Of a DNA stretch of 64,000 nt, positions 32,212 through 41,996 are shown piece by piece. The DNA is taken from contig CAVTBU010000007.1 in the NCBI GenBank assembly GCA_963733035.1, positions 352,001 to 416,000 of the forward strand, in the 5' to 3' direction. Within the stretch, counting starts at the first letter, position 1. Each line of letters starts with the position of its first letter. The translations under genes and the position numbers were made by a program. Below the pieces are notes generated by a model. It searched no databases, was not told the DNA's origin, and saw only the letters and a program-made list of their open reading frames with translations. This DNA comes from Pirellulales bacterium. Lineage in GTDB: Bacteria; Planctomycetota; Planctomycetia; Pirellulales; PALSA-1355.

Positions 32212-33617
32212 GGATTGAGCAACCGTTTTTCTGTAAAAGCTTCGGGAGCTTGTTTGGGGTGGGCTAGTTGGTTTCCAGGTTGAGGTAGATTTTTCCGGTT
32301 TCCCAGTCTTCGCTGGTTTCTTGGAGGATGGCGGTGACGAGCCGCAGGAGCGAGGCCTCGTTGGGGAACAGCGTGGCGACGCGGGTGCGGCGTTTGATTT
32401 CTTCGTTGAGGCGCTCCAGCGGATTGCTCGTGCGCAGCCGGCGGCGATGTTCGGCCGGCAAGGCGAACACGGTCAGTCCTTCGGGCACATTGGCTTCCAG
32501 CCAGGTGGCCAGCTTCGGCGCGGTGGTCTGGTACTTCTGAACCAGCACGTCCAGTTGCCGCTCGGCCTCGCCGCGATCGGGCGCGTCCCACACGCCGCGC
32601 AGATCGCGAGCCACCTCGCGCCGCATCGGCAGTTTCGGCACGTAGTGCAGCGCGTTTTGCATCAGGTGGAACTGGCAGCGTTGCCAAGGGACGCTGGGGA
32701 AGCAAGCCCGGCGTGCCTGGCCCAGCCCGGCGTGATCGTCGCTGGTGATCAGCCGCACGCCGTGCAGACCGCGGTCGATGAGCGAGGAGAGGAACGAACG
32801 CCAGTGCACCTCGGCCTCGGAGAGCGAGACGCTGACTCCCAGGATCGAACGCCGGCCATCGGGCGTGACACCGATCGCGATCAGCACCGCGCAATCGACG
32901 ACGCTGCCGCCGTGGCGAACTTTTTCGTAACGGGCATCGAGGATCAGGTACGGCGTCGCGCCCAGCGGCCGCTTGCGCCAAATCTCCAGCTCGGCATCGA
33001 GCTGCTCGGCCGCCCGGCTGACCTGCATGCTGGAGACCTCACAGCCGCACAACTCGCGGGTGATCTCGGCCACCTTGCGCGTCGAGACGCCTTGCACGTA
33101 CATCTCGGCCAGGGCCAGCTTCAAGGCCCGTTCGCTGCGTTCGCCGCGTTCGAGCGCCGACGGGTAGAACTCGACGCCACGGGTTTGGGGCACCTGCAAG
33201 TGTAACTTGCCGAGACGGCTGGTGATGGTCTTGGGCTTGAAGCCGTTGGCATAACCGAGTCGCGTTTCGGTGCGTTCATAAGGGGAGGCGCCCAGCACCG
33301 CGGAGCGTTCGAGCTTCATCGCTTCGTTGAACAGGGTTTCGAGTGCCTGAGCCATGCCTTCGAATCCGTGCTCGGCCAGGAGGTGGACAACTTCGTCGCG
33401 GGCGTTAGATTGATCGTGGTGGGCCATGGGGGCGAACTCCTTTCGTTTTGCGTAGAGAACAAAATCAAAAGGAAACCACCTTGGCCCACCCCTTTCAAGC
33501 TCGTCGCCGCGTGTGAGGCCTGGCTCCGCTTCGGCTCGCTGACGCTCGCCTTCGCTCCGCCAAGCCTCACACGCGAATTCCTTGAGTGCTGTTTACAGAA
33601 GAAACGTTACACCAACC
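32212..33617 (-). mobile_element. IS256 family element (ends approximate, no TSD seen)
   Basis: Imperfect IR GGATTGAGCAACCGTTTTTCTGTAAA / GGTTGGTGTAACGTTTCTTCTGTAAA; internal 12-bp hairpin 33508-33575. Confidence 0.8.
32264..33427 (-). CDS. IS256 family (mutator) transposase
   Basis: MYVQGVSTRKV, LDARYEKVR, SDDHAGL, QRCQFH, RTSNPLERLNEEIKRR. Confidence 0.95.
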   Translation of the reverse strand: MAHHDQSNARDEVVHLLAEHGFEGMAQALETLFNEAMKLERSAVLGASPYERTETRLGYANGFKPKTITSRLGKLHLQVPQTRGVEFYPSALERGERSERALKLALAEMYVQGVSTRKVAEITRELCGCEVSSMQVSRAAEQLDAELEIWRKRPLGATPYLILDARYEKVRHGGSVVDCAVLIAIGVTPDGRRSILGVSVSLSEAEVHWRSFLSSLIDRGLHGVRLITSDDHAGLGQARRACFPSVPWQRCQFHLMQNALHYVPKLPMRREVARDLRGVWDAPDRGEAERQLDVLVQKYQTTAPKLATWLEANVPEGLTVFALPAEHRRRLRTSNPLERLNEEIKRRTRVATLFPNEASLLRLVTAILQETSEDWETGKIYLNLETN

Positions 33618-33722
33618 CCACTTTTTGTGGGGAAGTCCACAAGAACCGGTTATTGTCCACCAATTCGTTCGTCAATGCAGCCCACTTCTTGCGTTCCAGC
33701 TCTCTCGTACAATCGCAACTCC

Positions 33723-34706
33723 CTACATTTTAGCGTTTTCATCTGCGTCTGCTCGTCCCTGCTTCGCCTGTGCTTCGCGAGCTTTCCGGGCCGCTACTTC
33801 GGCAGCCATCTTCCGCTGGTACTCACCGCTGTCGGTTGACCATGACCGCCATCGTTCAAGGTCCTCTTGAGCGACTTTTATCGACTCACCATGAGTTTCG
33901 AGCCAGCGGATGAGAGCATCGTAGTCTGCATTCTGCCGTGGTGTCCACGCTGAGCTTTTGTAAGGATTCGTCTTATATGTAATCAACAAGTGAATAAGGC
34001 GCTGATTGCTGTTGAAGGTGCATATTGTGTGATCAGCGCCGGCCTCCAGTAGCGTCAATGCGATGTCAAATTGTCCACCCCATCCAGCAGCAAGCATCGT
34101 GGGTGTTGTGTAACTTGCGCTGAGGTGATTGATATCCGCACCCTTGTCGATCAGGAGTCGAATTCGTTGTTTTTTGTCTGGCGACTGTGACCTAATTACG
34201 GCAAAGATGGGCGCGTCACCTTTCCATAGAGCCTTAGTTTCCTGCTCGATGTTCGGGTCACCGCCATGGGCAAATACCGCATCGAAATACCCGGGAAATG
34301 TAGTTCCACTCGCTAGCCAAGTCACTGACGTTCCCGACATGATCACACCGCGGGTTCCAAAGTCGTCTTCAACGATGACATTGGGATTGGCGCCGTGCTC
34401 CAGCAGCTTCTTGAATCGTCCCAACTGGTTGTCCGGAAAGGCCCACAACAGCGGGGTCATCTTTCCTTTGCCCTGGGCGTTGATGTCGGCGCCGGCCGCG
34501 ATCAGCCGGTCCATCTCGGCCAGGTCATTGGTCTCAATGGCGCGACAGAGTGCGATCACTTGCGGATCGCTGAAGAAATCTTCGGCCTTCCATTCGAACT
34601 TTTCGTGCCAGGTGGACTTGGGCAACACTTTTTTCACCTGCTGGCAACCAAGAAGCAAGGGAAGGACGGCGACACAGAGGTTAACGCAACAGGAACAGTG
34701 GAACAT
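33723..34706 (-). CDS. Ankyrin-repeat lipoprotein, candidate immunity protein for the upstream lipase
   Basis: Lipobox LLLGC; GADINAQGKGKMTPLLWA, GANPN, GADIN repeats. Confidence 0.8.
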   Translation of the reverse strand: MFHCSCCVNLCVAVLPLLLGCQQVKKVLPKSTWHEKFEWKAEDFFSDPQVIALCRAIETNDLAEMDRLIAAGADINAQGKGKMTPLLWAFPDNQLGRFKKLLEHGANPNVIVEDDFGTRGVIMSGTSVTWLASGTTFPGYFDAVFAHGGDPNIEQETKALWKGDAPIFAVIRSQSPDKKQRIRLLIDKGADINHLSASYTTPTMLAAGWGGQFDIALTLLEAGADHTICTFNSNQRLIHLLITYKTNPYKSSAWTPRQNADYDALIRWLETHGESIKVAQEDLERWRSWSTDSGEYQRKMAAEVAARKAREAQAKQGRADADENAKM

Positions 34707-34728
34707 CAGTTCACCCAAGCGAGCATGT

Positions 34729-36070
34729 CTACCACGAGAAATAATTGTAGCCAAGCGCATCCACCACCAGCACTCCCAGAAAGTTTTCTTGAGCCAACAG
34801 GCCGTACGCTACCGTTTGCATAAAATGGGATTTCGTCATGGTGACGACCCCTTCGAGCGCTGGTACCACCGCAACCCAATACTGTTCGGCCAAAATCGAA
34901 GCCGTGAAAACCGTGATGTTGGCCGCCATGTCCAAATCGTAGGGCCCGTCAAGCGGAACCCGATGCCCAAGGGCGTCCGCGAATGCTGGCACAGCCTCGT
35001 GTACTACGTCTTGCATGGCGCTGATGATGTCCCAGTCCGTGTAGTATGCTTCAATTAGTGTCGCAGCATTGTTGTACCTTGCCAGCGAGCCAGCGTATAG
35101 TTCGACGTAGCCTCCTTGTCCGTTCGGAATTGGATCGTCGTTGGCATTGCGCACATAAAGTGTGTCGATATTCAAACCCGCCGCGTTGAATGTGTCGGCC
35201 CTGAAACCGCCGACAACCGCAGCGGCGCTGGCCAATCCACCACCGAGCGAATGGCCAGTAATGGTTAGTGCGCCATTTTGGAACTTCAGCACTTGACCAA
35301 GAGCAAAGCCGACCTCCATTGCCGCGTTGTACTGCGGCGCGGACCAGCCGAGCCCTTGAGCGATGTTGTTTTGCCAATCATCCCATTCTAGTTGCGCCAA
35401 ATCGTCGTCGGTACCGGCAAATGCCAGGATGTACCGGTGCTCGCCGGCGACAAAATCCCGGTAAACGGCGGCCCTAAATCCTGGCACGCCGCTGTTGCCC
35501 GCGGGATTGAGGAGCGTCGCCGTTGCCTGAGGCACGCCGAGAGCAATCAAATCTGCCGGCTGGAGAAGTTTCAACCCGAAGTCCGGAAGGTCTGTCGGGG
35601 CGTATATGTTCCACGCGGCGACCGCATCGCGTACTTCCCGCCGCGTTTGCAATTGATACAAGAAAGAGTCCGGACGGACAACTTCGTATTTGACGGAATC
35701 CGATCCCAAGGAATTTCCATTGACGACAACCGTTGCGGTGATGAAGTCGTTCGGCCGGTGGTTCTGCTGGATTCCGCCTAGGGTGGTGAATGCAAGTTTC
35801 TGCGTGACGACTCCTTCTGCGAATACCAGGATTTCTCCCGTAGTCGGGTCATAGCCTAGGTCTTGGAGGGAATATGCGTTACCACCAAGAATGCGGTTTC
35901 CACCTTGATCGATGGTTGCCGGGTTGCGGGCGTCATCCGCCACTCCGGTGTTCCAAAAAGCGACCGAACCAGAGTCTGCGCCGAACGGAATGCTGAACCT
36001 CACCTTTATCGCCGGATCTGTAGCATTGAGCCCAGGCGTCAGATGCAAGATCATAGGCGTCTTTGGGGAG
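34729..36070 (-). CDS. Lipase class 3/DUF2974-like phospholipase toxin, probably the C-terminal part of a larger gene cut at REP-A
   Basis: GFRAAVY, YILAFAGTD, DWQNN, TGHSLGGGLA, TFNAAGL; no signal peptide, frame continues into the repeat. Confidence 0.75.
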
Positions 36071-36072
36071 AA

Positions 36073-36099
36073 ATTAAAGGGGACGCGAACCTTTTTCTG
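36073..36099. repeat. REP-like element type A, second copy (direct orientation)
   Basis: ATTAAAGGGGACGCGAACCTTTTTCTG; 17 nt identical to 28017-28033. Confidence 0.75.
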
Positions 36100-36819
36100 T
36101 TTGTCGGGTCACTTACGAATCGCTAGGCCGGTCGGGATCCGTTGGGCCGGGTGAGCGGCTGCTGTGGCAGAAGGAGGGAGGGAGGGAAAGGACAGCGGCA
36201 CGCCCGCCAGGCGTCTTACGGACGGGCACCGATTTGCATTTTAACGCATTATCTCCCTAGATGAGGACTTTGACCTTTTCAAGGGCCGTAACTTTTCTCG
36301 CCGGTCCGACCCTTCTCACCCGCATTTTTCTGCCGTGCGTCGCGATGGAAGCCTCTTTGCGACTTTGCCTCTTTCAATCGAGCCAGCCGTTGGGCTAGCC
36401 TACGGTCGGCAAATTCTGGACAGCGGCCGCGCGGAGGACCGTCATGTTTCATATCGGGCAAAATGCGAAAGCTGCGGGCTGCGACATGTGTCATTTATCA
36501 GGTTACAAAAGGCGAAAAGAAAAGTGCGCGCAACTTTCATCCCGAAAAAAGGCCACTCGAAAACTTTGCGAATTCCGAACCGGGCCAACGGGCTGCCAAG
36601 CGAGCCCGTCGGCGTTCGACTCAGGCGGGACTCGAAACGCCGAAGAAATGTCGCGCCCGCTCGCACGCTTGAAACCGGACCAACCCATATCGCATAACAA
36701 GTGCTCACAATCGCCCAGCACCCCCCTGCCCCTTGCCCGGCGCCTGCCAATCTGGCACCATAAGTCGTCTATTTCCAGGACTGGCTATTCAACTCCCCCT
36801 TTGGCGAGAACCACGACCG

Positions 36820-38133
36820 ATGGCTGCTGCTTTTCCCAACGTTGAGAAAATCCGCTTCGAGGGCCCCCAGAGCAAAAACATGCTCGCTTTCCACCACTAC
36901 GATGAGAACGAAATCGTCGAGGGAAAGCCGATGAAGGAGCATTTCCGCTTTGCCGTTGCCTATTGGCACACCTTCCGCGGCCAGGGAGCCGACCCGTTCG
37001 GGCCGGGCACGATGGTGCGGCCTTGGGAAGCCGCCGAAGACACGGTCGCCAACGCCCGGAATCGCGTGAAGGTGGCCTTCGAGTTCATGGAGAAGCTCGG
37101 CGTTCACTTCTACTGCTTCCACGACCGCGACGTGGCGCCCGAGGGCAAGACGCTGGCCGAGTCGAACAAGAACCTCGACGAAGTCGTGAAGGTGCTCAAA
37201 GAGGAGCAGAAGCGCACCGGCATCAAGCTGCTGTGGGGCACCGCCAACCTGTTCAGCAACCCCCGCTACATGCACGGCGCCGCCACCAGTCCCAACGCCG
37301 ACGCCTTTGCCTATGCCGCGGCGCAGGTAAAGAAGGCGATCGAAGTGACCAAGGAGTTGGGCGGCGTCGGCTACACCTTCTGGGGCGGCCGCGAAGGCTA
37401 CCAGAACTTGTGGAACACCGACATGAAGCGCGAGTTCGATCACCTGGCGGCCTTCATGCACATGGCCGTCGACCATGCCAAGCAGATCGGCTTCGACGGG
37501 CAGTTTTACTTCGAACCCAAACCGAAGGAACCGACCAAGCATCAGTACGACTTCGACGTGGCCAACTGCATCAACTTCCTGCGCACCTACGGCCTGACCG
37601 ACCACGTGAAGATGAACATCGAAACCAACCACGCCACGCTGGCCGGCCACACGATGCAGCACGAAATCGAGTACGCCGGCGCGCAGGGCTTTCTGGGATC
37701 GATCGACGCCAACACGGGCGACTTGCTTTTGGGTTGGGACACCGATCAGTTTCCCACCGACATTTACCTGACCACCACCTGCATGCTTTCGATCTTGAAA
37801 TTCGGCGGTCTCTCGCCCGGCGGCATCAACTTCGACGCCAAGGTGCGGCGCGAAAGCTTCGAGCCGGTCGATCTGTTCCACGCCCACATCGGCGGCATGG
37901 ACGCCTTTGCCCGCGGCCTGAAGACGGCGGCCGCGATTCGCAAAGACGGCATCCTCGACAAAATGCTGGCCGATCGCTACAGCTCGTGGGGAACCGGCAT
38001 CGGCGAGCGGATCGAGGCGGGCAAGGAGGATTTCGCCTCGCTCGAAAAATACATGCTCGAAAAGGGTGAAATCACGCCCAATGTCAGCGGTCGGCAAGAG
38101 CTGCTGGAGAATATCATCAACACGTACATCTGA
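36820..38133 (+). CDS. xylA: Xylose isomerase (class II)
   Basis: [47 protein letters not shown]. Confidence 0.98.
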   Translation: MAAAFPNVEKIRFEGPQSKNMLAFHHYDENEIVEGKPMKEHFRFAVAYWHTFRGQGADPFGPGTMVRPWEAAEDTVANARNRVKVAFEFMEKLGVHFYCFHDRDVAPEGKTLAESNKNLDEVVKVLKEEQKRTGIKLLWGTANLFSNPRYMHGAATSPNADAFAYAAAQVKKAIEVTKELGGVGYTFWGGREGYQNLWNTDMKREFDHLAAFMHMAVDHAKQIGFDGQFYFEPKPKEPTKHQYDFDVANCINFLRTYGLTDHVKMNIETNHATLAGHTMQHEIEYAGAQGFLGSIDANTGDLLLGWDTDQFPTDIYLTTTCMLSILKFGGLSPGGINFDAKVRRESFEPVDLFHAHIGGMDAFARGLKTAAAIRKDGILDKMLADRYSSWGTGIGERIEAGKEDFASLEKYMLEKGEITPNVSGRQELLENIINTYI

Positions 38134-38617
38134 CCGCGTCCCCTGTTGCGAACCGCGCGGCCGCGGCAATTTCAGATGGCGGCATTCGCCGTCGCACGAA
38201 CGCACGGCAATCGCTCGCGAAGGCGGAACTTCGTCGTTGCCGTTCGACATCCTCCCCACGGGGCGGCCTCGCGCGCGTGTCGGCGCCGTTTTTGTGCGCC
38301 TTGGAAAATCGCAGCTGAAGATCGAGTTTTCGCTTGGTTTTGTACGTTCAGCTTTTCTGATATCGCGCTGGGCCGGATATCGCGAGGCCTGCCCCTTTTT
38401 GATGCAGCTAGCGACCTCGCGCGGCTGCGTCCCCGCGCAACGCGCAGCGACGCGCAAGGACTTGCGCGATTGTGTGCCTGGCTTCAGCGGGCCGTTAGAA
38501 GTTCGTGTCGCTGCTTGTCGGCTGGCACAGTCCTTGCAAGTATGAATGCCGTGCTGGTTCAACATCCCTGGCAAGAGAACTCAGCATTCGTTTTTTTCAC
38601 CCAAGGACCTGCGTTTT

Positions 38618-39421
38618 ATGCGACACGGATTTTTGATTGACATGGATGGCGTGATCTATCGCGGCGGCCAACTCATACCCGGAGCGGCTGAGTTCATCGC
38701 CCAATTGCAAAACCAAGGAACCCCCTTCGCGTTCCTAACCAATAATAGTCAACGTACGCGTCGCGACGTGGCCACCCGACTCGAGCGGATGGGCATCGAC
38801 GTCGACGAGCAACACGTCTTCACCTGCGCCATGGCCACGGCGCGGTTTTTGGCCCAACAACTGCCCGAGGGAACGGCCTACGTGATCGGCGAGGGAGGCC
38901 TGTTGCAAGCACTGCATCAGAACGGCTACTCGATCGTCGACCACGATCCGGACTACGTCGTGGTCGGTGAGGGGCGGGTGCTCACCTTCGAGATGCTCGA
39001 AGCGGCCACGCGGATGATCCTCGCCGGTGCGAAGCTGATCGCCACGAATCTCGACCCCAACTGCCCCACGCAATACGGCATGCGCCCCGGCTGCGGCGCG
39101 ATCGTCGCCATGCTCGAAGCGGCGACCGGGCTGAAGGCCTTTAGCGTCGGCAAACCCAGCCCGGTCATGATGCGAGCCGCCCGCAAAGAGCTGGGCCTCT
39201 CGACGGCCGAAACCACGATCATCGGCGACACGATGGAGACCGACATCCTGGGTGGCGTCGAGATGGGTTACCGCACCGTGCTGGTCCTCTCCGGCGGCAC
39301 CAAGCGCGAGGACCTGGCCCACTACGCCTATCGCCCCGACGTGGTCGTCGACTCGATCGCCGACCTGGTCGGCATGGAGCCGGCGATGATTGGCGAACCC
39401 ATCGTGGCCGGGGCAGTCTGA
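38618..39421 (+). CDS. HAD-IIA hydrolase (NagD-like)
   Basis: DMDGV, LTNNS, ATNLD, GKPSP, IGDTMETDI. Confidence 0.92.
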   Translation: MRHGFLIDMDGVIYRGGQLIPGAAEFIAQLQNQGTPFAFLTNNSQRTRRDVATRLERMGIDVDEQHVFTCAMATARFLAQQLPEGTAYVIGEGGLLQALHQNGYSIVDHDPDYVVVGEGRVLTFEMLEAATRMILAGAKLIATNLDPNCPTQYGMRPGCGAIVAMLEAATGLKAFSVGKPSPVMMRAARKELGLSTAETTIIGDTMETDILGGVEMGYRTVLVLSGGTKREDLAHYAYRPDVVVDSIADLVGMEPAMIGEPIVAGAV

Positions 39422-39442
39422 ATGCGATGCGCACGCTGACTG

Positions 39443-40111
39443 TCAATAGTTGAACGCCACGCCGCGCTCGTGCAGATCGCTCGCGAGTTGCGCCGTGGTG
39501 GTGTATTGCACGGCGTCGAAGCCGGCTGCCTTGGCTCCGGCGACGTGGCCGGCCACGTCGTCGACAAAGAAGATCTCCTCGGGGGGCAGGCCGGCCAACT
39601 TGGCGGCTCCGGCGAAGATCTTTGGCGATGGTTTGCAGGCGCCCAGTTCGTAGCTCAACGCGTAGATTTCGAATCCCTTGTTGAGTAGCGCGTATTGCCC
39701 GCGACAGTAGCTCCAATGCCCGGGACAGGTGTTCGACAGGATGCCCAGGCGATAGCCGGCGGCAATCAACGCGCCAACGAGCGGATAGATGGACGTGTTG
39801 GGAGAAAAAATGGCGCTGCCGGCCAGTAGCAAGGCGTCGAAGTTGGGGCGGGAGTCGGTCTGGCGGCAAAAGATTTCGTAGAACTCGCGATCGCCGATTT
39901 CGCCGGCCTCATACCGCAGCTCCAAGTCCGTGGCGAAAACCGTGTCCCACACCCGCTGTTCGGAAACCCCGGCCACCGCCGCCATCTGCCGCGCGGCCAG
40001 GTGGTGATCGAACCTGAGAATCACGTTGCCGAGATCGAAGTAGAAAAACTTGGTGCGGGCAAGCGTGGGGCGGTGGGCAATGGGAGCAACTTCGAGCGCT
40101 TGGCTGGTCAT
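39443..40111 (-). CDS. HAD family phosphatase (YihX-like)
   Basis: FDLGNV, LSNT, KPSPKIF, FVDD. Confidence 0.9.
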   Translation of the reverse strand: MTSQALEVAPIAHRPTLARTKFFYFDLGNVILRFDHHLAARQMAAVAGVSEQRVWDTVFATDLELRYEAGEIGDREFYEIFCRQTDSRPNFDALLLAGSAIFSPNTSIYPLVGALIAAGYRLGILSNTCPGHWSYCRGQYALLNKGFEIYALSYELGACKPSPKIFAGAAKLAGLPPEEIFFVDDVAGHVAGAKAAGFDAVQYTTTAQLASDLHERGVAFNY

Positions 40112-40119
40112 ATCGGGTT

Positions 40120-40743
40120 CTAAAGTTTCTTGATGCGGACGTCTTTGTACCAGGCTTCGCTCGGCGGCCCGCCGTGGATTTGCAGGCCGATCAGTCCCTT
40201 GCGTTCGATGGCATCGTCCGGTTCGTGGTAGTCGACCGTCTGCCGGCCGTTGATCCAAAGCTGGATGTGCTCGCCCTGGCAGCGAATCGTGTAGTCATTC
40301 CACTCGTCGCGTTTGAGAACTTCACTAATAACTGTTTTGTCGGCGGCCGCCAGAATCTTGTTGCGGCGTGATTCGTCATACAGCGACCCCCAGTAGCCGT
40401 CGCCCAGGTCGGCCTGGTAACCGCGCACTTCGTGGTGATTCGGGATTCTGCGGCTGCGGATTTGCACGCCCGCGTTGGCTCCCTGGCCGAGCACCTTGAA
40501 CTTCAGCCTCAATTCAAAGTCGCCGAACTCACTCGTGGTACAGAGGAATTCGTTGCGCGGGATCTTGGCTTCGAGCGTGCCCCCGACGACCGCGCCGTCT
40601 TCGATCCGAAAATGGTCGAGATTCCCTTCCCAACCGGCAAACGACCGGCCATCGAACAGCGGTACGAAACCCGACTCATCGTCGGCCACGGCGACGCCGG
40701 CCAGCGCGGCCGCCAGCAAGCAGCCAACTAACAAGGTTTTCAT
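40120..40743 (-). CDS. DUF1080 (3-keto-disaccharide hydrolase) secreted protein
   Basis: LFDGRSFAGW, FGDFEL, NAGVQIRS, GYQAD, EWNDY, GLQIH. Confidence 0.9.
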   Translation of the reverse strand: MKTLLVGCLLAAALAGVAVADDESGFVPLFDGRSFAGWEGNLDHFRIEDGAVVGGTLEAKIPRNEFLCTTSEFGDFELRLKFKVLGQGANAGVQIRSRRIPNHHEVRGYQADLGDGYWGSLYDESRRNKILAAADKTVISEVLKRDEWNDYTIRCQGEHIQLWINGRQTVDYHEPDDAIERKGLIGLQIHGGPPSEAWYKDVRIKKL

Positions 40744-40946
40744 TGTTGCTCTCTCGTGGATGACGGCGCGAGCTTCCGGCCTGGTGATCCAATAGTTCGT
40801 TTGCCAGCATATCTGCCGATCGGACGGCTCGCCAGGGCTCACGCCCCCCCTGCCCTGTCGGCGGCCGCGACTGGTCAGCGACATTTAATCGTCCTAAGAT
40901 GACGGCACCAGGAATAAAACATCCCGTCGCACCAAGGACAATGGTC

Positions 40947-41438
40947 ATGAGCACGATTGCCGTCCTGACAAAAAGCTATGAATTCAACCGGGCTCGCACG
41001 CTGGCGACACTCGACGAGATCGAAAAGCTGCCGGATCCTCAAGCTGCCCTGGCCTACCGTTTGGCCCCCGGGCGGGCACACATCGCCTGGCAGCTTGCGC
41101 ACATCGGAGTCACGGAAGACATTTTCGCGAACGAACGGTTGGTGCCGGAGCGCCCCGGGCGGTTCGGCGAGTTGTGGCCGCGGTTTCGCGGCGGCAGCCA
41201 GGCGGATGACCAGGTGCCCACGCTCGCGGAGCTTCGCGAAATCCTCTCGGAAAGCCGCGTACAACTGCTGGCTACCCTCGCCACGTTCAGCGATGACCAA
41301 TTGGACCAGGTTCCTCCACCGCTGGCCGAAAAGCAGTGGACGATTCTGACTGTGCTGCACATTGTCGGTTGGCACGAGGCACACCACCAAGGCCAGGCCC
41401 ACGCGATCCTCAATGCGTTCAAAGCGCATAAATTGTAG
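40947..41438 (+). CDS. DinB family protein
   Basis: IAWQLAHI and HEAHHQGQ metal-binding histidines. Confidence 0.85.
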   Translation: MSTIAVLTKSYEFNRARTLATLDEIEKLPDPQAALAYRLAPGRAHIAWQLAHIGVTEDIFANERLVPERPGRFGELWPRFRGGSQADDQVPTLAELREILSESRVQLLATLATFSDDQLDQVPPPLAEKQWTILTVLHIVGWHEAHHQGQAHAILNAFKAHKL

Positions 41439-41524
41439 CGGCGCGGCACAAAGCTGAATTGACGCCAGGATTCGGTCGCGAGTACAGTGAGGAGGTTGAA
41501 TTCTTCGGTTTGGACCGATTGTCC

Positions 41525-41911
41525 ATGCATTGCGCCACACGCCCACGTCTGACCACGCTCATGGTATTGGCCGCCTATTTGGCCGCCCATACCCTTGGTG
41601 CGCTCTTGCACGAGCGGTTGCACGTTCATGCCGCCGGTGATGTCTGTTGTCATGCTCATGACCACAATCATGGGCACGCGTATGAGACCGAAGCCTCGAC
41701 CCCCGAAGGCAACCTGGCCTCGAAGGGAGCACTGCACGATCACGATTGTGTTGTCTGTCGAGTCACGGGTCAGCCGGTCGTTCCAGCCGTTGCGGCTGAC
41801 TTCGACATGGTCGCGGACGTTCGTCCCGACGCCCTCCCCTGCCCTGCCGCCGCGCCCCGTTCGCTCGCGGTGCGGATCGCTCAATCGCGGGCCCCTCCCC
41901 TCGCCGTCTAA
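41525..41911 (+). CDS. DUF2946-like His/Cys-rich leader protein ending in RAPP
   Basis: N-terminal hydrophobic helix, HVH..CCHAHDHNHGH, HDHDCVVC, C-terminal SRAPPLAV*. Confidence 0.75.
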   Translation: MHCATRPRLTTLMVLAAYLAAHTLGALLHERLHVHAAGDVCCHAHDHNHGHAYETEASTPEGNLASKGALHDHDCVVCRVTGQPVVPAVAADFDMVADVRPDALPCPAAAPRSLAVRIAQSRAPPLAV

Positions 41912-41996
41912 CGGCGTTTGATTGGTCACTCCGCCGGTGCTGCGCGCTTTGAGATTGCGCACCGTCGGCAACCTTTGACTAGGGAGGTACCAGGCT

